A stretch of DNA of 64,000 nucleotides from Schizochytrium sp. TIO01 (taxonomy: Eukaryota; Protista; Bigyra: Labyrinthulomycetes): contig SMSO01000014.1 in the NCBI GenBank assembly GCA_004764695.1, forward strand, positions 1,793,648 to 1,857,647, written 5' to 3'. Below are positions 40,301-51,959 of the stretch, piece by piece (position 1 is the first letter of the stretch; each line of letters begins with the position of its first letter). The notes beneath the pieces were generated by a model. It saw only the letters and a program-made list of their open reading frames with translations. It made no database searches and was not told where the DNA came from. The position numbers and the translations under genes are program-made.

Positions 40301-43300
40301 GAACGTACATTGCCCGCATAATGACCCCGAAAGTATCTCAAACTTAAGCTTATTATTGTGTAACTATCGTAGTGATAAAACATGAACTCTTCCAGTCTTA
40401 ATCTTAATATTTAAACTGTCGTGAAGTTACTTAAAAATCCTGAATGGAAATCTTATTGCCTCGAAAGGTTCTGCACCACATTAGTTACGCGGTACCAACT
40501 TGAAAGATCCTAGAATATAATGATCTCGCAATCCAGAAAAAAAATAAAAATAAAAATAAGAAAATGGTTTCCTCCAAAATATATCCCAAAGAGCACGCTG
40601 GGAGGCTATACATACCGTCTTCATCATCCGGTAATTTAGGTCTACGACCTGTGCGTACTGCCGTTACATTGCTATACTTATTCGCACGCGCCAGCTCAAG
40701 TAGTTGGGTTTATTCGTTCTGTCTGACTTAATGTTGTGTTATCACGCCAATCCCACATTACTTCACTTTTTTTTACTTTTTTTACTTTTTTTTTTTTTTA
40801 AATTTAAAAGTTTAATTAAAATATATTATTAAAAAAACAAAACTAACTTGAAAAAATCCAACTAGGACGGTTAATCAATAACTCTGCGCGTTGGCAACAA
40901 TCAACGAAACACAGTCATTCGCAAAACTTCCTTCGATCGGCCCCATGTACTCGGCGTGATTGCTGTTACTCAAAACGGGCCTTCTAAGTAAGAAACCACT
41001 TCGATCGAAGACCTGAGCTCATTCATAGATAGCCTATAGTTACGACCGCAGTCGAGATTCGATCCCTTGCTCTCAAAATTCGCCATCTTAACTTAAAAAT
41101 ATTTTCTTCTAATTTAAAAAATACGTATTATAAGCTACTTACTAATTACTGCAGTGCACTGTCGTATTATAAAATAAGCAAAATCAAAAAATAAATCACG
41201 CAAATTAAAAACAAACATTGATACGACTTCTTCGTTCACGCTCAGCAGATTGACGCTGTTTAAGGGCTGGTGCTTCGCGTTTCGCAATGAAACTTGTGTC
41301 GACCACGCATGCATACTTCGTTGGTGTCCGGCGCAGTGATCAAGTTGTCGTCCTTCAAAGGAAAGGCCTCACTCGAGGCTGCACGGGACCAGTTTGGAGC
41401 CGCTCATAGTCATCTTGCACTTCTTGTTTCCTTGTCATCAATTTCCGCGATACCACACATTCATTATCTTAGTTAGGCACCTACAACTACTTTGACAGTT
41501 TAGTGCTCACTAATGATCGCGATCGCTGGTTTTTACAACTATCAATTAATGAAAAGCCAATGATAAGGAGTAATAGCAACACTAAAATATCGTTTGCCAA
41601 AACCGTAGGATTTCTTTCTGTGAGAAATCATAAGAGACAGGTATAGGTAGGAGCAGATATCAATTTTAAGGAGTAGGAAGACGGAGGTATTCGACAATCA
41701 TCAAGAGCACCATTTGCTACGATGAATGAAAAAGTCCATTTACACGGTCTGGCTGAAGAGTCGGCGGCCTTCATTTGCGCCTGAGCTGCGTAGAAGAAGA
41801 GGATTGAGGCAAGTTTTCTCTTGGCCTTTACAGCTTGTAGGTATGAAATAAAAGTGCTTGCTCTAAGACCTCCTTGCAGGCGGTGGTTTTGCCCAAGGGA
41901 TTACAACATGGACGGCTGGGAATGCTCAATGATTTTGCAGGTCAGTTGGAAGAGCTTTGCTTGCTTGTTCAAGTAAGCTCATGCTTAGTGAAGTGGAATC
42001 AAGATCGATCAATGAGCCAATGAGCCAATGAGTCAATGAATGAATGAATGAATGAATGAATCAATCAATCAATTGCTCGTACAAAGTAAGGCCAAACGTC
42101 AGATTTCTCAAAATTGCATGATGACCTCGATTGCTCGCTCTTTTCCTTTCGGCAAGTGCTGTGCTGCGAGACCATCCACACGAGTTAAGAGTTCTTATCG
42201 CGATACAGTAGGCAGGAACTATTAGTTGGCTAGTCCTGTTCGCGAGGAAGCATTGCCGAAGTGTTTTGCTCTTGTTCATCTTCAAGTCAGTAGACAGTCA
42301 GTCAGATTTCTTCTTTCTCCGTGACGGGTCTGTGACGATGTTGTTTCCGATGGTCCGATTCGCAAGAGTACCTGACAATAATCAAAGCATCGCTGCTTAC
42401 AATTCAACCATCTTAGAAGATGCCAAAAAATCATGTTGGGGCGTTAACCATGGCATAGTCAGCAGCTTTTGTTTAGTTAAGTTTGAGCCATAGGTACGAC
42501 TGTGCGAGCACTCGTCGGCTTTACTTGTTCTACCCAAACTCGAAGCCAAAAGAGTTAGTTGTGTACTACAGGCTTCAATTCGATTTCAATGAGGCTTTAA
42601 GACGAACTCGGTTTCTCCATCACCTCTAGCTAGAAACACTTTCAAGAACCTAGCGTCATTTCTTCTTCAACCTTTCATCTATGCCGGTGACATGAGACAC
42701 CAGGGAACTCTTATTCAGGCTCGCAGCAATTGTGACTCAGCTCAGTCGCTGTGACTTCGAATCCTTTGAATTCGATAATAGTACGACTAACAGAAGGAGC
42801 AATTTTGGCAGAAAGTGTTATCTAGACCTAAAATGTTTCACAGAAGGGAAGAAGTGATTTGCTATCATGGACTACACACCACAGATTCGGACCGACTTGA
42901 AGTTAAAATCTGCACGTGATGCCTGGAGCCGATGTGCCGAGTCGTTTGACATGGGAGCTTTAGATATAGTTGAAGATTGGAGAAAATAGCCAGAAATGAG
43001 CCATCCGAGTTGCTTTGCTTCAACTCGTTCATTTTTGAAATCAGAGAAGCTTGATGTAAGTTCTGTAAGAGCTCCATGGGTCTGAAATTAATTTTATAAT
43101 GTTAACTTCTCAACTTAAAACACTAGTTTCGATCCTTTCAAAGTAATTTTAATCTCACGAGACTTGAGATATAAAAATTGTATCAGTTCCTAAATTTGCT
43201 ATTGTCTCCTACAGGGTATTGTTCTTTCCTGAAGAAAATAAAATAAAAATGAAACGATTTAACGCAATCTTCATTTAACCCAAATCACTTTAAAATTAGC

Positions 43301-43614
43301 GAATATCTTCAAAGCAGATCCAACACTCTCATATGTGAGATAGACAAAAGGATAAGGATTCTACTGCAGTGAATCAAGTTTGCTGTATTAGCCAGTTCAT
43401 GGACTTGATTTGGTGTTAGATGCGATCAAAAATAAACATTTTGTGTTTAGCTTGCAGTATTTAGTTTTAGAAATAGTTACAAATATGATGTTACAGAGAG
43501 TAAGCCGGTCCACGGCATCTCTGAAAGGTGCTAGTCAGTCAAAATAATATCCCAACCATGTAAAGCTCCTAAATACCTGTGTGAAATGTTTCATGATTAA
43601 ACACACAGTAGAAT

Positions 43615-46488
43615 TTAGTAGTTCTGGCGAAGCTTTCGGTACCATTTAGGAAGGGGAATACCTTGTTCATCTTGCTGAAGAAGCACAAATGACGAAGATT
43701 CAAGGCTAGCTACACTCGAGGTACTTTGGCCTAAGCGGTCAGGAAGGTCGACCTCCTCTATAACAGAATCTGCATGGGAGTGAGTTGTCCCTTCATCCGA
43801 AAAAGCACTGCCAGATGTTCTGGGACGATCCACTTGGACGCGGAGATTGAAATCTCTCAACCCTTCAGTAGTGCTTTGGTCACGGGAAACCCCAGTTCCA
43901 GGCCTTCCTTCCAAGCGAGCAGACTGAACTTCTCTTGTTTGATGTGTAAAATGAGCTGTTCCACCGTGTGTTGACGAAGCACCAGGTAGAGGGGCAGACT
44001 GGGGGCTAGTAAGACCTCTTCTTGATTGACTTCCAGGAGCTCCTTGTTGCGGGGAAGAGGATCTAGGCCGACGGACTGTGCCAATTTTCCCTATTGAATG
44101 ATGCTTAATGTCTTCTTCACCTGTCTGGGGTGCCGATTTTGTAAGGTTTTCCAATGCCGGTGAATACCTGCCCTGAACGCGTGGAATTGCACGCTCGAGG
44201 GCACGTCGATCGTTAAGCACTCTTTGCAAATCAGCATGTAAACTATCGCGAACTCCCTCAACCTGTTGAAGTTCTTGTTGAAGACGACCTATATGTGCAT
44301 TAAGTGCTGATATTTCTTTGCGAGAGTTCTCAAGTTGAGTATCACGGTCACGAAGTTTATCAAGGAGAAAGGCCTGGGGTTGCGACGCCCCTGCAGCTAC
44401 TTCGGCAGCTTCACGAGCCTGGGCCTGTGCTTTGCGTAGATTCGTTACGAGCTCCCGACATTGACGTTTGGTTTCCTCAAGTTCACGTTCCGTACGAATA
44501 AGCTTCTCAGCGAGGAGGACACTTTGTTGTACTCGCCGCTGGGCAGCAATGGGCAGTTTGCTCATGGCATACATGCTTGACTCTGACCGAGTACGGGCCT
44601 CCTCAATAATCGCATCTGCCCCTCGTCTGATCGCAACCTCACTTGCTTCCTCGGTTGGGTCTTCGTCAAGTCCATCACTCTCTTCTTCTTGTGCTTCAAC
44701 GCGGCGTTTGGCCTGATCAACAACAGCGGCATCGAGCTCAAGCTCGAGTGCTTCGTAAGCATGCACTTTTTCTTCCAAAGTTGATATACGCGCAGTTTTT
44801 TCGACGATGGTCTTGGCCGTTGAGGTTTCAAGAGCAGCAAAGTCATCTCGAAGGATCTCAAATTTATCTCGAAGCATTTCGTTTTCAATCTCAAGCTTCC
44901 GTACTGCAGCCATTTTGGCATCAACAGTAGCGCTGAGTGTCTCGATTTCGAAAACCCGGCGGTTCAAGTCGCCGCGTGCCTGTACTAGAGCAGTTTCTTG
45001 CGTTGCATCTTTTGTCGCAAGTTCCAGACGTGCCTCATCTAGCGCTGTTTGAGCGTCTCCAAGCTGAGCTCGGAGATGTTCCACCTCTGCCATAGCCTCT
45101 TCCCGTGCTGTTCGCATCGCCCTTAGTTCCCTTTCGACAGTATTGAGCTGTGTTTCCTTAAGCTGAGCAACTTGCGCACGGTGTTCTTCTCTCATGCTCT
45201 CAACTTCTCTCGCCAACTTCTCCTCATACTCGGATCTTGCCTTTTGACGCGCCTCGTGGAGCTGCTCTCTCGCTTCGTCCAGTCTTGTTTGCAGTCCTTG
45301 CACACGATCCTGTTCTCTCACGAGCTCATTTGCAAGTCGTGTGGCTTCCATTTTGCGAGCATCGGTTTCTCTTGCCAGATATGTTTTATCCTGCTTTACA
45401 ATCTCCAGATCCCTTTCTCGATGCTCCAGCTCACTAGCTTTTCGATCGAGCATTTCTCGAGCCGCTTCACACTGCGCCAATGCACTGCGGCCAAACTCCT
45501 TGGCCTCGGCTAGTTCATTTTCCAGTTTTACAATCTTGCTCTTCATGGATCCAACCCTATCTTTGTCTTCTCTGAACTCCTCTAGTTCATTTATGGCCTG
45601 GCTGGCCTTTTCGCGAGACCTTCTCGCGTCATCCTGGACCGCGGCCAATTCAATCTCAAGTTCCTTTGTGCGAGCTTCGAAGCCTGCTCTTGCTGCATTG
45701 AGCCTCTGCTCCGCATGATCTGCACGGCCCTCTGCCTCGAGAGCTTTTCCAAGTGCCTTTTCCCGTTCGCGAGCTGCCTCAGCGAGCTGCGCTCTCAAAG
45801 ATGCCGTGAGCTCAAAGACTTTCATCTGGGCCACCTCGCGAACCGTAAGCTGGGATCGATCAGCATTTCTCAGTGTTTGGTAGTGGGCTGCTGAGCATAA
45901 GAGATTCTCACAGAGGTCGTCAAAGTCGATAAAGTCTGTACGAGCGATTTTAAGCTGTTTTTTAAGCGGCTCAACTTCCTTTTGAGTCTCTGCAAGACGG
46001 GTCTTCAGCACACGAATTTGATCTTCGTAGTGGCGGGCCGTTGATCGTAGCCTTGACGCGGCGCTCTGCTCAGCACGACGAAGACTTGACTCGAGAAGAC
46101 GCTTCTCATATCGCAGCGTCTCAATATCCTCCAGCGCAAGCGCATCGCTGGCAGTGTTGAGACGCGGGGTGTTGCCTTGAAGGTAGCGAGAGATTCGAGG
46201 TGTCGCAGAGAGCTCATCATCCTCAAAGAGGCTCGAGCGCAAAGACACAGATACAGAAGCAGGCGAAGATGAAGACAATGATCCACCACGGGAGTGTGGA
46301 GATCGCCCCGTAGCAGCGCCTAGGACGGCGTCTAGCATTTCATCGGAGAGGCCCACGCGATCCCTCAGTAGTGCCTGGACTGCCGCATCCAAGTCAACGC
46401 CGATGCTCCCTTGTACACCAGGATCGGCTGGCGCCACAGGGGCAGCAGGCGAAGAATCCCTTGGTGATGGACTCGCTGCGTCGCCCAT
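43615..46488 (-). CDS. PIBF1: PIBF1/CEP90-like centriolar coiled-coil protein
   Basis: Long coiled coil with PIBF1-like segments (from recall): QLTVREVAQMKVFEL, KQDKTYL, ARSEYEEKL, YEALELELD, PIAAQRRVQQSVLLAEKL, SQPQAFLLDKLRDRD. First ATG at 46488. Confidence 0.8.
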   Translation of the reverse strand: MGDAASPSPRDSSPAAPVAPADPGVQGSIGVDLDAAVQALLRDRVGLSDEMLDAVLGAATGRSPHSRGGSLSSSSPASVSVSLRSSLFEDDELSATPRISRYLQGNTPRLNTASDALALEDIETLRYEKRLLESSLRRAEQSAASRLRSTARHYEDQIRVLKTRLAETQKEVEPLKKQLKIARTDFIDFDDLCENLLCSAAHYQTLRNADRSQLTVREVAQMKVFELTASLRAQLAEAAREREKALGKALEAEGRADHAEQRLNAARAGFEARTKELEIELAAVQDDARRSREKASQAINELEEFREDKDRVGSMKSKIVKLENELAEAKEFGRSALAQCEAAREMLDRKASELEHRERDLEIVKQDKTYLARETDARKMEATRLANELVREQDRVQGLQTRLDEAREQLHEARQKARSEYEEKLAREVESMREEHRAQVAQLKETQLNTVERELRAMRTAREEAMAEVEHLRAQLGDAQTALDEARLELATKDATQETALVQARGDLNRRVFEIETLSATVDAKMAAVRKLEIENEMLRDKFEILRDDFAALETSTAKTIVEKTARISTLEEKVHAYEALELELDAAVVDQAKRRVEAQEEESDGLDEDPTEEASEVAIRRGADAIIEEARTRSESSMYAMSKLPIAAQRRVQQSVLLAEKLIRTERELEETKRQCRELVTNLRKAQAQAREAAEVAAGASQPQAFLLDKLRDRDTQLENSRKEISALNAHIGRLQQELQQVEGVRDSLHADLQRVLNDRRALERAIPRVQGRYSPALENLTKSAPQTGEEDIKHHSIGKIGTVRRPRSSSPQQGAPGSQSRRGLTSPQSAPLPGASSTHGGTAHFTHQTREVQSARLEGRPGTGVSRDQSTTEGLRDFNLRVQVDRPRTSGSAFSDEGTTHSHADSVIEEVDLPDRLGQSTSSVASLESSSFVLLQQDEQGIPLPKWYRKLRQNY

Positions 46489-47562
46489 CCTCGCCCTGAG
46501 GTGGCCACGCGAGCGAGCGAGCGGATAATTGGAGTTTTGAGTGACGAATGAATTGTGGAAAGGGTGTGGAAAAAACTGGAGACGCCGGTTATTTTTAATT
46601 GATTGAGAAACGCATATTGCACAAAACTGGGTTGTGCAAAATGGCAAAGTTTGGATAATAGATCAAGATGATTTTACAGATCCTGAAAGCCATGAATAAC
46701 TTGAGGATGGTTAAGAGAGGCGTTGCTTTCGATTGGTTGACCTTATTTACAGTGAATACTTTTCCCTTGTTCGTGAAACTATGAGAGACAAACACTTCAC
46801 AAAGTGGAAACGACAAACATCAATATGAACAACATCGAGCAGCAGAAGCAGATAAAATATTGATCTTGGTCTGATTCTAAAACAAAGAGTGATCAAGCAA
46901 CTAGAAATTGAAAAGGGCCTTCGCAAATGATTCCCAAAAGCGGGTATCATAATATGCAAAGATTCCTCCTGATAAAGCGATTGCTTCCTGCTTTACTTTA
47001 CAATAGAGTGTCACTTCTGCGACTCAGTATCCAAGTAAATCTCGCGTGGGTATCTGCAAGAGTGTGGATCAATAACGTCATAGATCTGCATTGGTATTAG
47101 AATAAATTCAGCCCCCTCTCGCGAAAACTCTGATTCCATGAAGTTCCTCATTCGAATGAAGAAGTTTAAGCAACACGCAAAGGGAAAAGGGACATTATCT
47201 TATTGCACAGATTATGCAACTATATTTGTTCAATCTTGAAACTGACAAATTACAATATGGACTCTAGTACAGCTGTTGCAAATGCTGGTCATGTCGCCTT
47301 CGTGGAGTTGCTATCGACTTCTATAATTTACAATAGATAGGTACTACATTCGTTAGACTTCTCAAACCTGAGCAACAAACCTCGATTTTTCGAACGCGAG
47401 CGCTCAAAACCTCAGCTGTTATTGTAAGCGCAGTTTACGAGACAAGTGGAAAGCCAAGGTCCCAAGCACGTGGTGTCGTATAGGAGACAGGCATAGACGT
47501 CGGGCTGATTAGTTCGATCTGCGTCGGTCTGCGTTGGGCTGATTGGTTGATTCTGAGTTGCC

Positions 47563-48106
47563 ATGGTGAAACCACCCCGCGCTGCTCTTCGCAAAGTCCT
47601 TCGCCACCATGAGCCTACTATGAGGGTTGGCGAGGGCGTGGACCTGATGGTAAGTTGGAGCATCACTGCTCCGAGAGGTACTTTCTATTGTGTGCCTGTG
47701 TTCTGCTTTGCTAATCAAGATGGTATGAGAGCCTATGCGAGCAAGTGAAGAACCAACCCACTTGGGTAAACAGAATCTATTCATGGTAAATTAACAATGC
47801 TGGACAAATTTGTTTTGATCTTATTCTGATATGGAACTATTCTCCATTTGCGTGCTTAAACAGTTATTTGTGGATTACCTTATGTTTTTGCGTCGACTTG
47901 CTGAAGAAGCTGCAGCAGAAGCTGCTAGACAAGGCGAAACACGCGTTGATGAAGAGATTGTAGACAAGGTTGCCCAGGTACGTTTGTTATTTCACTGCCC
48001 CATTGGATCATTGTCATATGAAAAAACAATTTGCCCCTTCGCTAACAGTATCTGGACATACAATGGAAGAGTTATACAGAAAGTTTTGAGTGAGTTTCGA
48101 GGCTAG
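47563..48106 (+). CDS. CENPW: CENP-W-like histone-fold protein (75 aa); 3 exons: 47563-47649, 47864-47977, 48080-48106
   Basis: Introns GTAAGT..TTAAACAG and GTACGT..TTATACAG, both phase 0, give MVKPPRAALRKVLRHHEPTMRVGEGVDLMLFVDYLMFLRRLAEEAAAEAARQGETRVDEEIVDKVAQKVLSEFRG. This fits the CENP-W pattern PR..L..V...P..R....DL......F..RLAEE...and terminal RG. Confidence 0.8.
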
Positions 48107-50438
48107 TTCTTTTGATTTATCATCGAAACATTCGTGACAGTGCTGATATTTCCATCTTCTTATAAATACCATTTCTTTGCCAAGACTGTAATTTAATCTT
48201 GTTCTGTTTGCCTCGTATTTCAAAGCTTCCTAACAAGAAATGCCATTTGGCATTTCAATGTAGACATGTTGACCAAATGGTGAAGGGTGGATTGGATTGC
48301 TTGGCATCAGGTGCATGAAAGGCTAGTGCAAATTTATTCAATAATTATCATATTTGTTCTTACTAAAAGCGTTTAAAATCTACTTTAGCGCCGATCCTGT
48401 CTAGAAACCAATAAAGCATCAGACATAGTTTATAACTTAATTTGTACATAAAACAGCATGCGGCTGCATGATATTGAGGGGTTCGAGGGGAAACATTCCA
48501 AAGTGTGTGCCAATCTGAAAATGACAATACTATTTCAAGGCTCTATCCGACGTATTTGGTGAAGCTTTATCTGCTGTGTTGCTGTATCCTTGTAAGGCAG
48601 CTTTTGAATATTTTTTTTTTTCGTTGCACATCAAAATACAAAATGTATTTCATTCGATTCTCGCCTTCGAATGAAATGAAACCTATTGGTAAGCGAATGT
48701 CTATTTGATATCCTTATTCCTCACCAGAGGTCGAGTTCTGTCGACGAATTCCTCAATCGCAGCTAGGCATTCTAGTTCCTCAGGCATTACTACTAGCTAG
48801 GTACTACAAACTATAAGTAGTACTACGCTGCAATCGCGAAAGCATCATCGCTTCCGTCATCAAGTCTCAAGTTGCCTGCCCAGGTACCTACTTATACGCC
48901 CCAAGCGTGTTAGGCCTTTCTGCCACAACGCCATGACATTCTTTCTGTCTCCTGCACTTGTCTGTGATCAAGTCGATTAGCTTTATCTGCACAGTTCTTT
49001 CTAACTGATCAAGTGAATCGATGCAACCTCTCCACTTGGGTTCTTGCCGCTGCGGAGGTTCTAACTTTGCGACCCCACGTGCTGGCAGGACCAACGGTGT
49101 TCAATGAGACCTTGAGCAGAGTAGAAGGCCTTCTTGAAGACGTAGCGGCTTGCACGCAGCTAGGTTGTTCAAGTGTTCAAGTTGACCGACGGATCATTTT
49201 GCTTGCTGGCGAATTATGTGGTGGTGTCAGGAAACCCAAATTTGCTCCAGCATTTCCTCCTCACGTCGCTTGGCGTGGACTTCATGAAAGGAGAAACGGA
49301 GCCCGCGTCATGGACGAATAATAGAGGAGGGTTGAGTAAGTGATCATCTGCATGCCGAGGTTTCATTCAACCTTGACGAACGATGAGAACGACAAAAACG
49401 AAGGAGGTGAAAACACAATGATATTTAGGCCTAGGTAATGTAGATAAGAATTGCAGTTTCTTAGATGTGTAGGTATCGTTTTGATGGCTTTCCAGTCTGT
49501 ATGGTTGTTGCGCAGGATTGCTTTCGGAGTGAAGGAGGTTAGTCCGAATGATGTCAACAATCGAATCGAATTGAGACCAATGATTGAGAAGAAGGATAGT
49601 ACCCTAGGTGCACACCTACCTACTGCGTACTTCAAGTTTCCTTCCTTCCTCGAAGCTCTCTGGTTTCCTTGGATATTCCCCCCAATCCAGCAAGCTACCA
49701 ATCCTCATTGTATTTCAGTGGATGAGGTGGTGTCTGCCATGAAGAAGTTCACCTCGTCGTCGCCGTCGTGGCTACCACCGTCTTCCTTTTCCTCTAGGTA
49801 GCTAGAGATATCAAGCATTTTGCCCAGGAAGTCAAAATCTCTAAGCTCTCGCTTTGCCAAATGCTTGAGGCCATTCCACAAACACCTCCACCTAGGTTGC
49901 TGACCAACCCGAAGCACCGCCCCAAATTTCTTCAAAGTCTAAACCCACGCCAAGGTAAATCCAACGAGGTTTCTCGCTCGTTGCCAATTATTCCTTGGTC
50001 GCTTTGCAAACCTCGTGAGAGATGTCTGTCTGTCTGTCTGTCTGTCTGCAAATTAGACCTCGAGGTTCTCATCACAATCATCAACGCGATAGGATGTAGA
50101 ACTAGGAACCATCGGCAATGATTTAGGCACGAGAATGCAATTTGTCCATCATCTGCGACTGAAGAGAAGAGCAGTCATGCTTCATTCAGGCAGACAAACA
50201 AACCAGCAAATGAGCTTATCGAGCTAGCTAGTCCAGTGCTCCAATCGAGGTTTGGCTGTGGAACTATACAGGCTCTGGGCCCTGTCTGCACTGGCAACTG
50301 GCAACTTCGAGCTCTCTTATGGCAGTCAGTCAGTCAGTCCTTCTCAAGGTCGTTCTCGTTCTTCCTGTTTTGGCGGCGATGGCGATGTTGCGCAATATTT
50401 TCTCTGCCTGCACTTGCGGCGCTATAGCCCACTGTACG

Positions 50439-50533
50439 GGGCCTCCCTCACAGTAGAGAATAGGGCCCTCGCTCAATAGAGAATGGGCCTCCACAGTAGA
50501 GAATGGGGGGCTCCACAGTAGAGAATGGCGCCC
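50439..50533. repeat. Four-copy imperfect tandem repeat of 20-23 bp (core CACAGTAGAGAATGG)
   Basis: AGAGAAT recurs at about 50455, 50478, 50498 and 50520 with similar flanks. Confidence 0.8.
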
Positions 50534-51959
50534 CAACAGAAAGAAGCAGCAGGACCCGCCTCCCTTTCCACTCGTAGCGCTTCCTTCCTGCCGTGCAGTG
50601 GAACTGGAGCAGAAGCTGACCAGGGCCTTCGCAGTCACCTCCTTCTGGGATGCAATGCACGCACGAACTCGTGGACCCAGGAGTACCGAAAGCTGGCGTT
50701 TGCTGAGGCTTCAGGGCGGATTAAAAAAGTACAGGTAGTCGCTATTCTTCCTTTCTTCTTCACATGAATGAATGAATGAATGAATGAAAGAATGAAAGAA
50801 TGTATGAAAGAATGTATGAAAGAATGAGAGAATGCCTCAATACCTGTGGACCGATGCCATCGCCACACCGTTGTCGCTCGCTGTGTCTGAATGATAGAAA
50901 TACTATCGAGGGAAACCAGGTCCTGCCGACCATTTAGCGGCGGGAAAGGCCAATAGTCTGCTTGATTTGTTTGTCATGATGGATGCAAAATTTGTTTGTT
51001 TATTTATTCATTTATATTTAAAGGCCTACTATGAAGTAACTTAAAAGGAATAGTGAGTAGTCATTTCTTTCATCTGTTAATCAATCCTTTTAAGGGAAAA
51101 GGTATTTTAGTAAGGAATAATGTTTTCGGTAGTCGAGGGAAAAAGAGAAAAAAGGAGACAATACGTAGAGATATTGTTATATATAAAAGAAGCGCCGTCA
51201 ATCTCGCAGAAAGCAAACCAGAGACAGCAGCCCGTACGGACTGTGTTCTCCGCCTGCGTGAGGCCGTCTGTTAGCGGCGGCCCAGGCTCTTGCGGGGATA
51301 GTGTCTGTTGACAGGCTGCTGATAGCAGCAACCTTCGGTCAAAACGGCTGTTCACAGGGCTGGCGCCAAAGTCGCAGTCGCATCCCTCTCACGTGGACTT
51401 CTTGCTTTTTTTTATTTCTGTTGTGGTGGCTTATTAATACGTTCAGGTTCTTGAGCCGTGGAGTGGTACCTCGCTTGCTTTGACGAAGCCCGCGTCGCCC
51501 TACAGTTGTTGCAGGAAAAGAAACAGGAGGCAGCGGGCAGCCAAATTTGTATCTAGCTCTTGGCAAACAAATAAATCAAACACAGCTTTTGCGAATTGGC
51601 AGCTGCTCGTTTGGAGTGAATTCCTGAGGCATTATCCTACCTTTAAGACACTTTCTGACACGCTCACGAATTGTTGCGCTAGCTCCTTTATCGCGCTTAG
51701 ACGAATTTATTTGTGCAGGCGGAGCTCCTGGTGCAACGTGATTGTTGCTGGAGTGGGAGGGTGTCTCCAGGATTTTCCTTTTACTTGCTTACTGCATTTG
51801 ATATTTAATCACATCTCAATAAACATAAAACCTACTGAGGTGGTTCTTCAATCGCTTGCAAAACAGCGAGCGTATTAACCTTACATAGAAGCGAAGGACC
51901 TACCGTAACTTTTGTTTGAGCTTGTAAAGGAGCTCCTTGCGACATAATTTGGTGAGAAA

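Noticed and set aside
41005-41075. tRNA-like fragment (GAGCTCATT...GAGATTCGATCCC)
   Set aside because: Only loose A/B-box resemblance; I could not build a cloverleaf or identify an anticodon stem.
50439-50533. CRISPR-like array
   Set aside because: Units are contiguous with no unique spacers, in a eukaryotic context with no cas genes.
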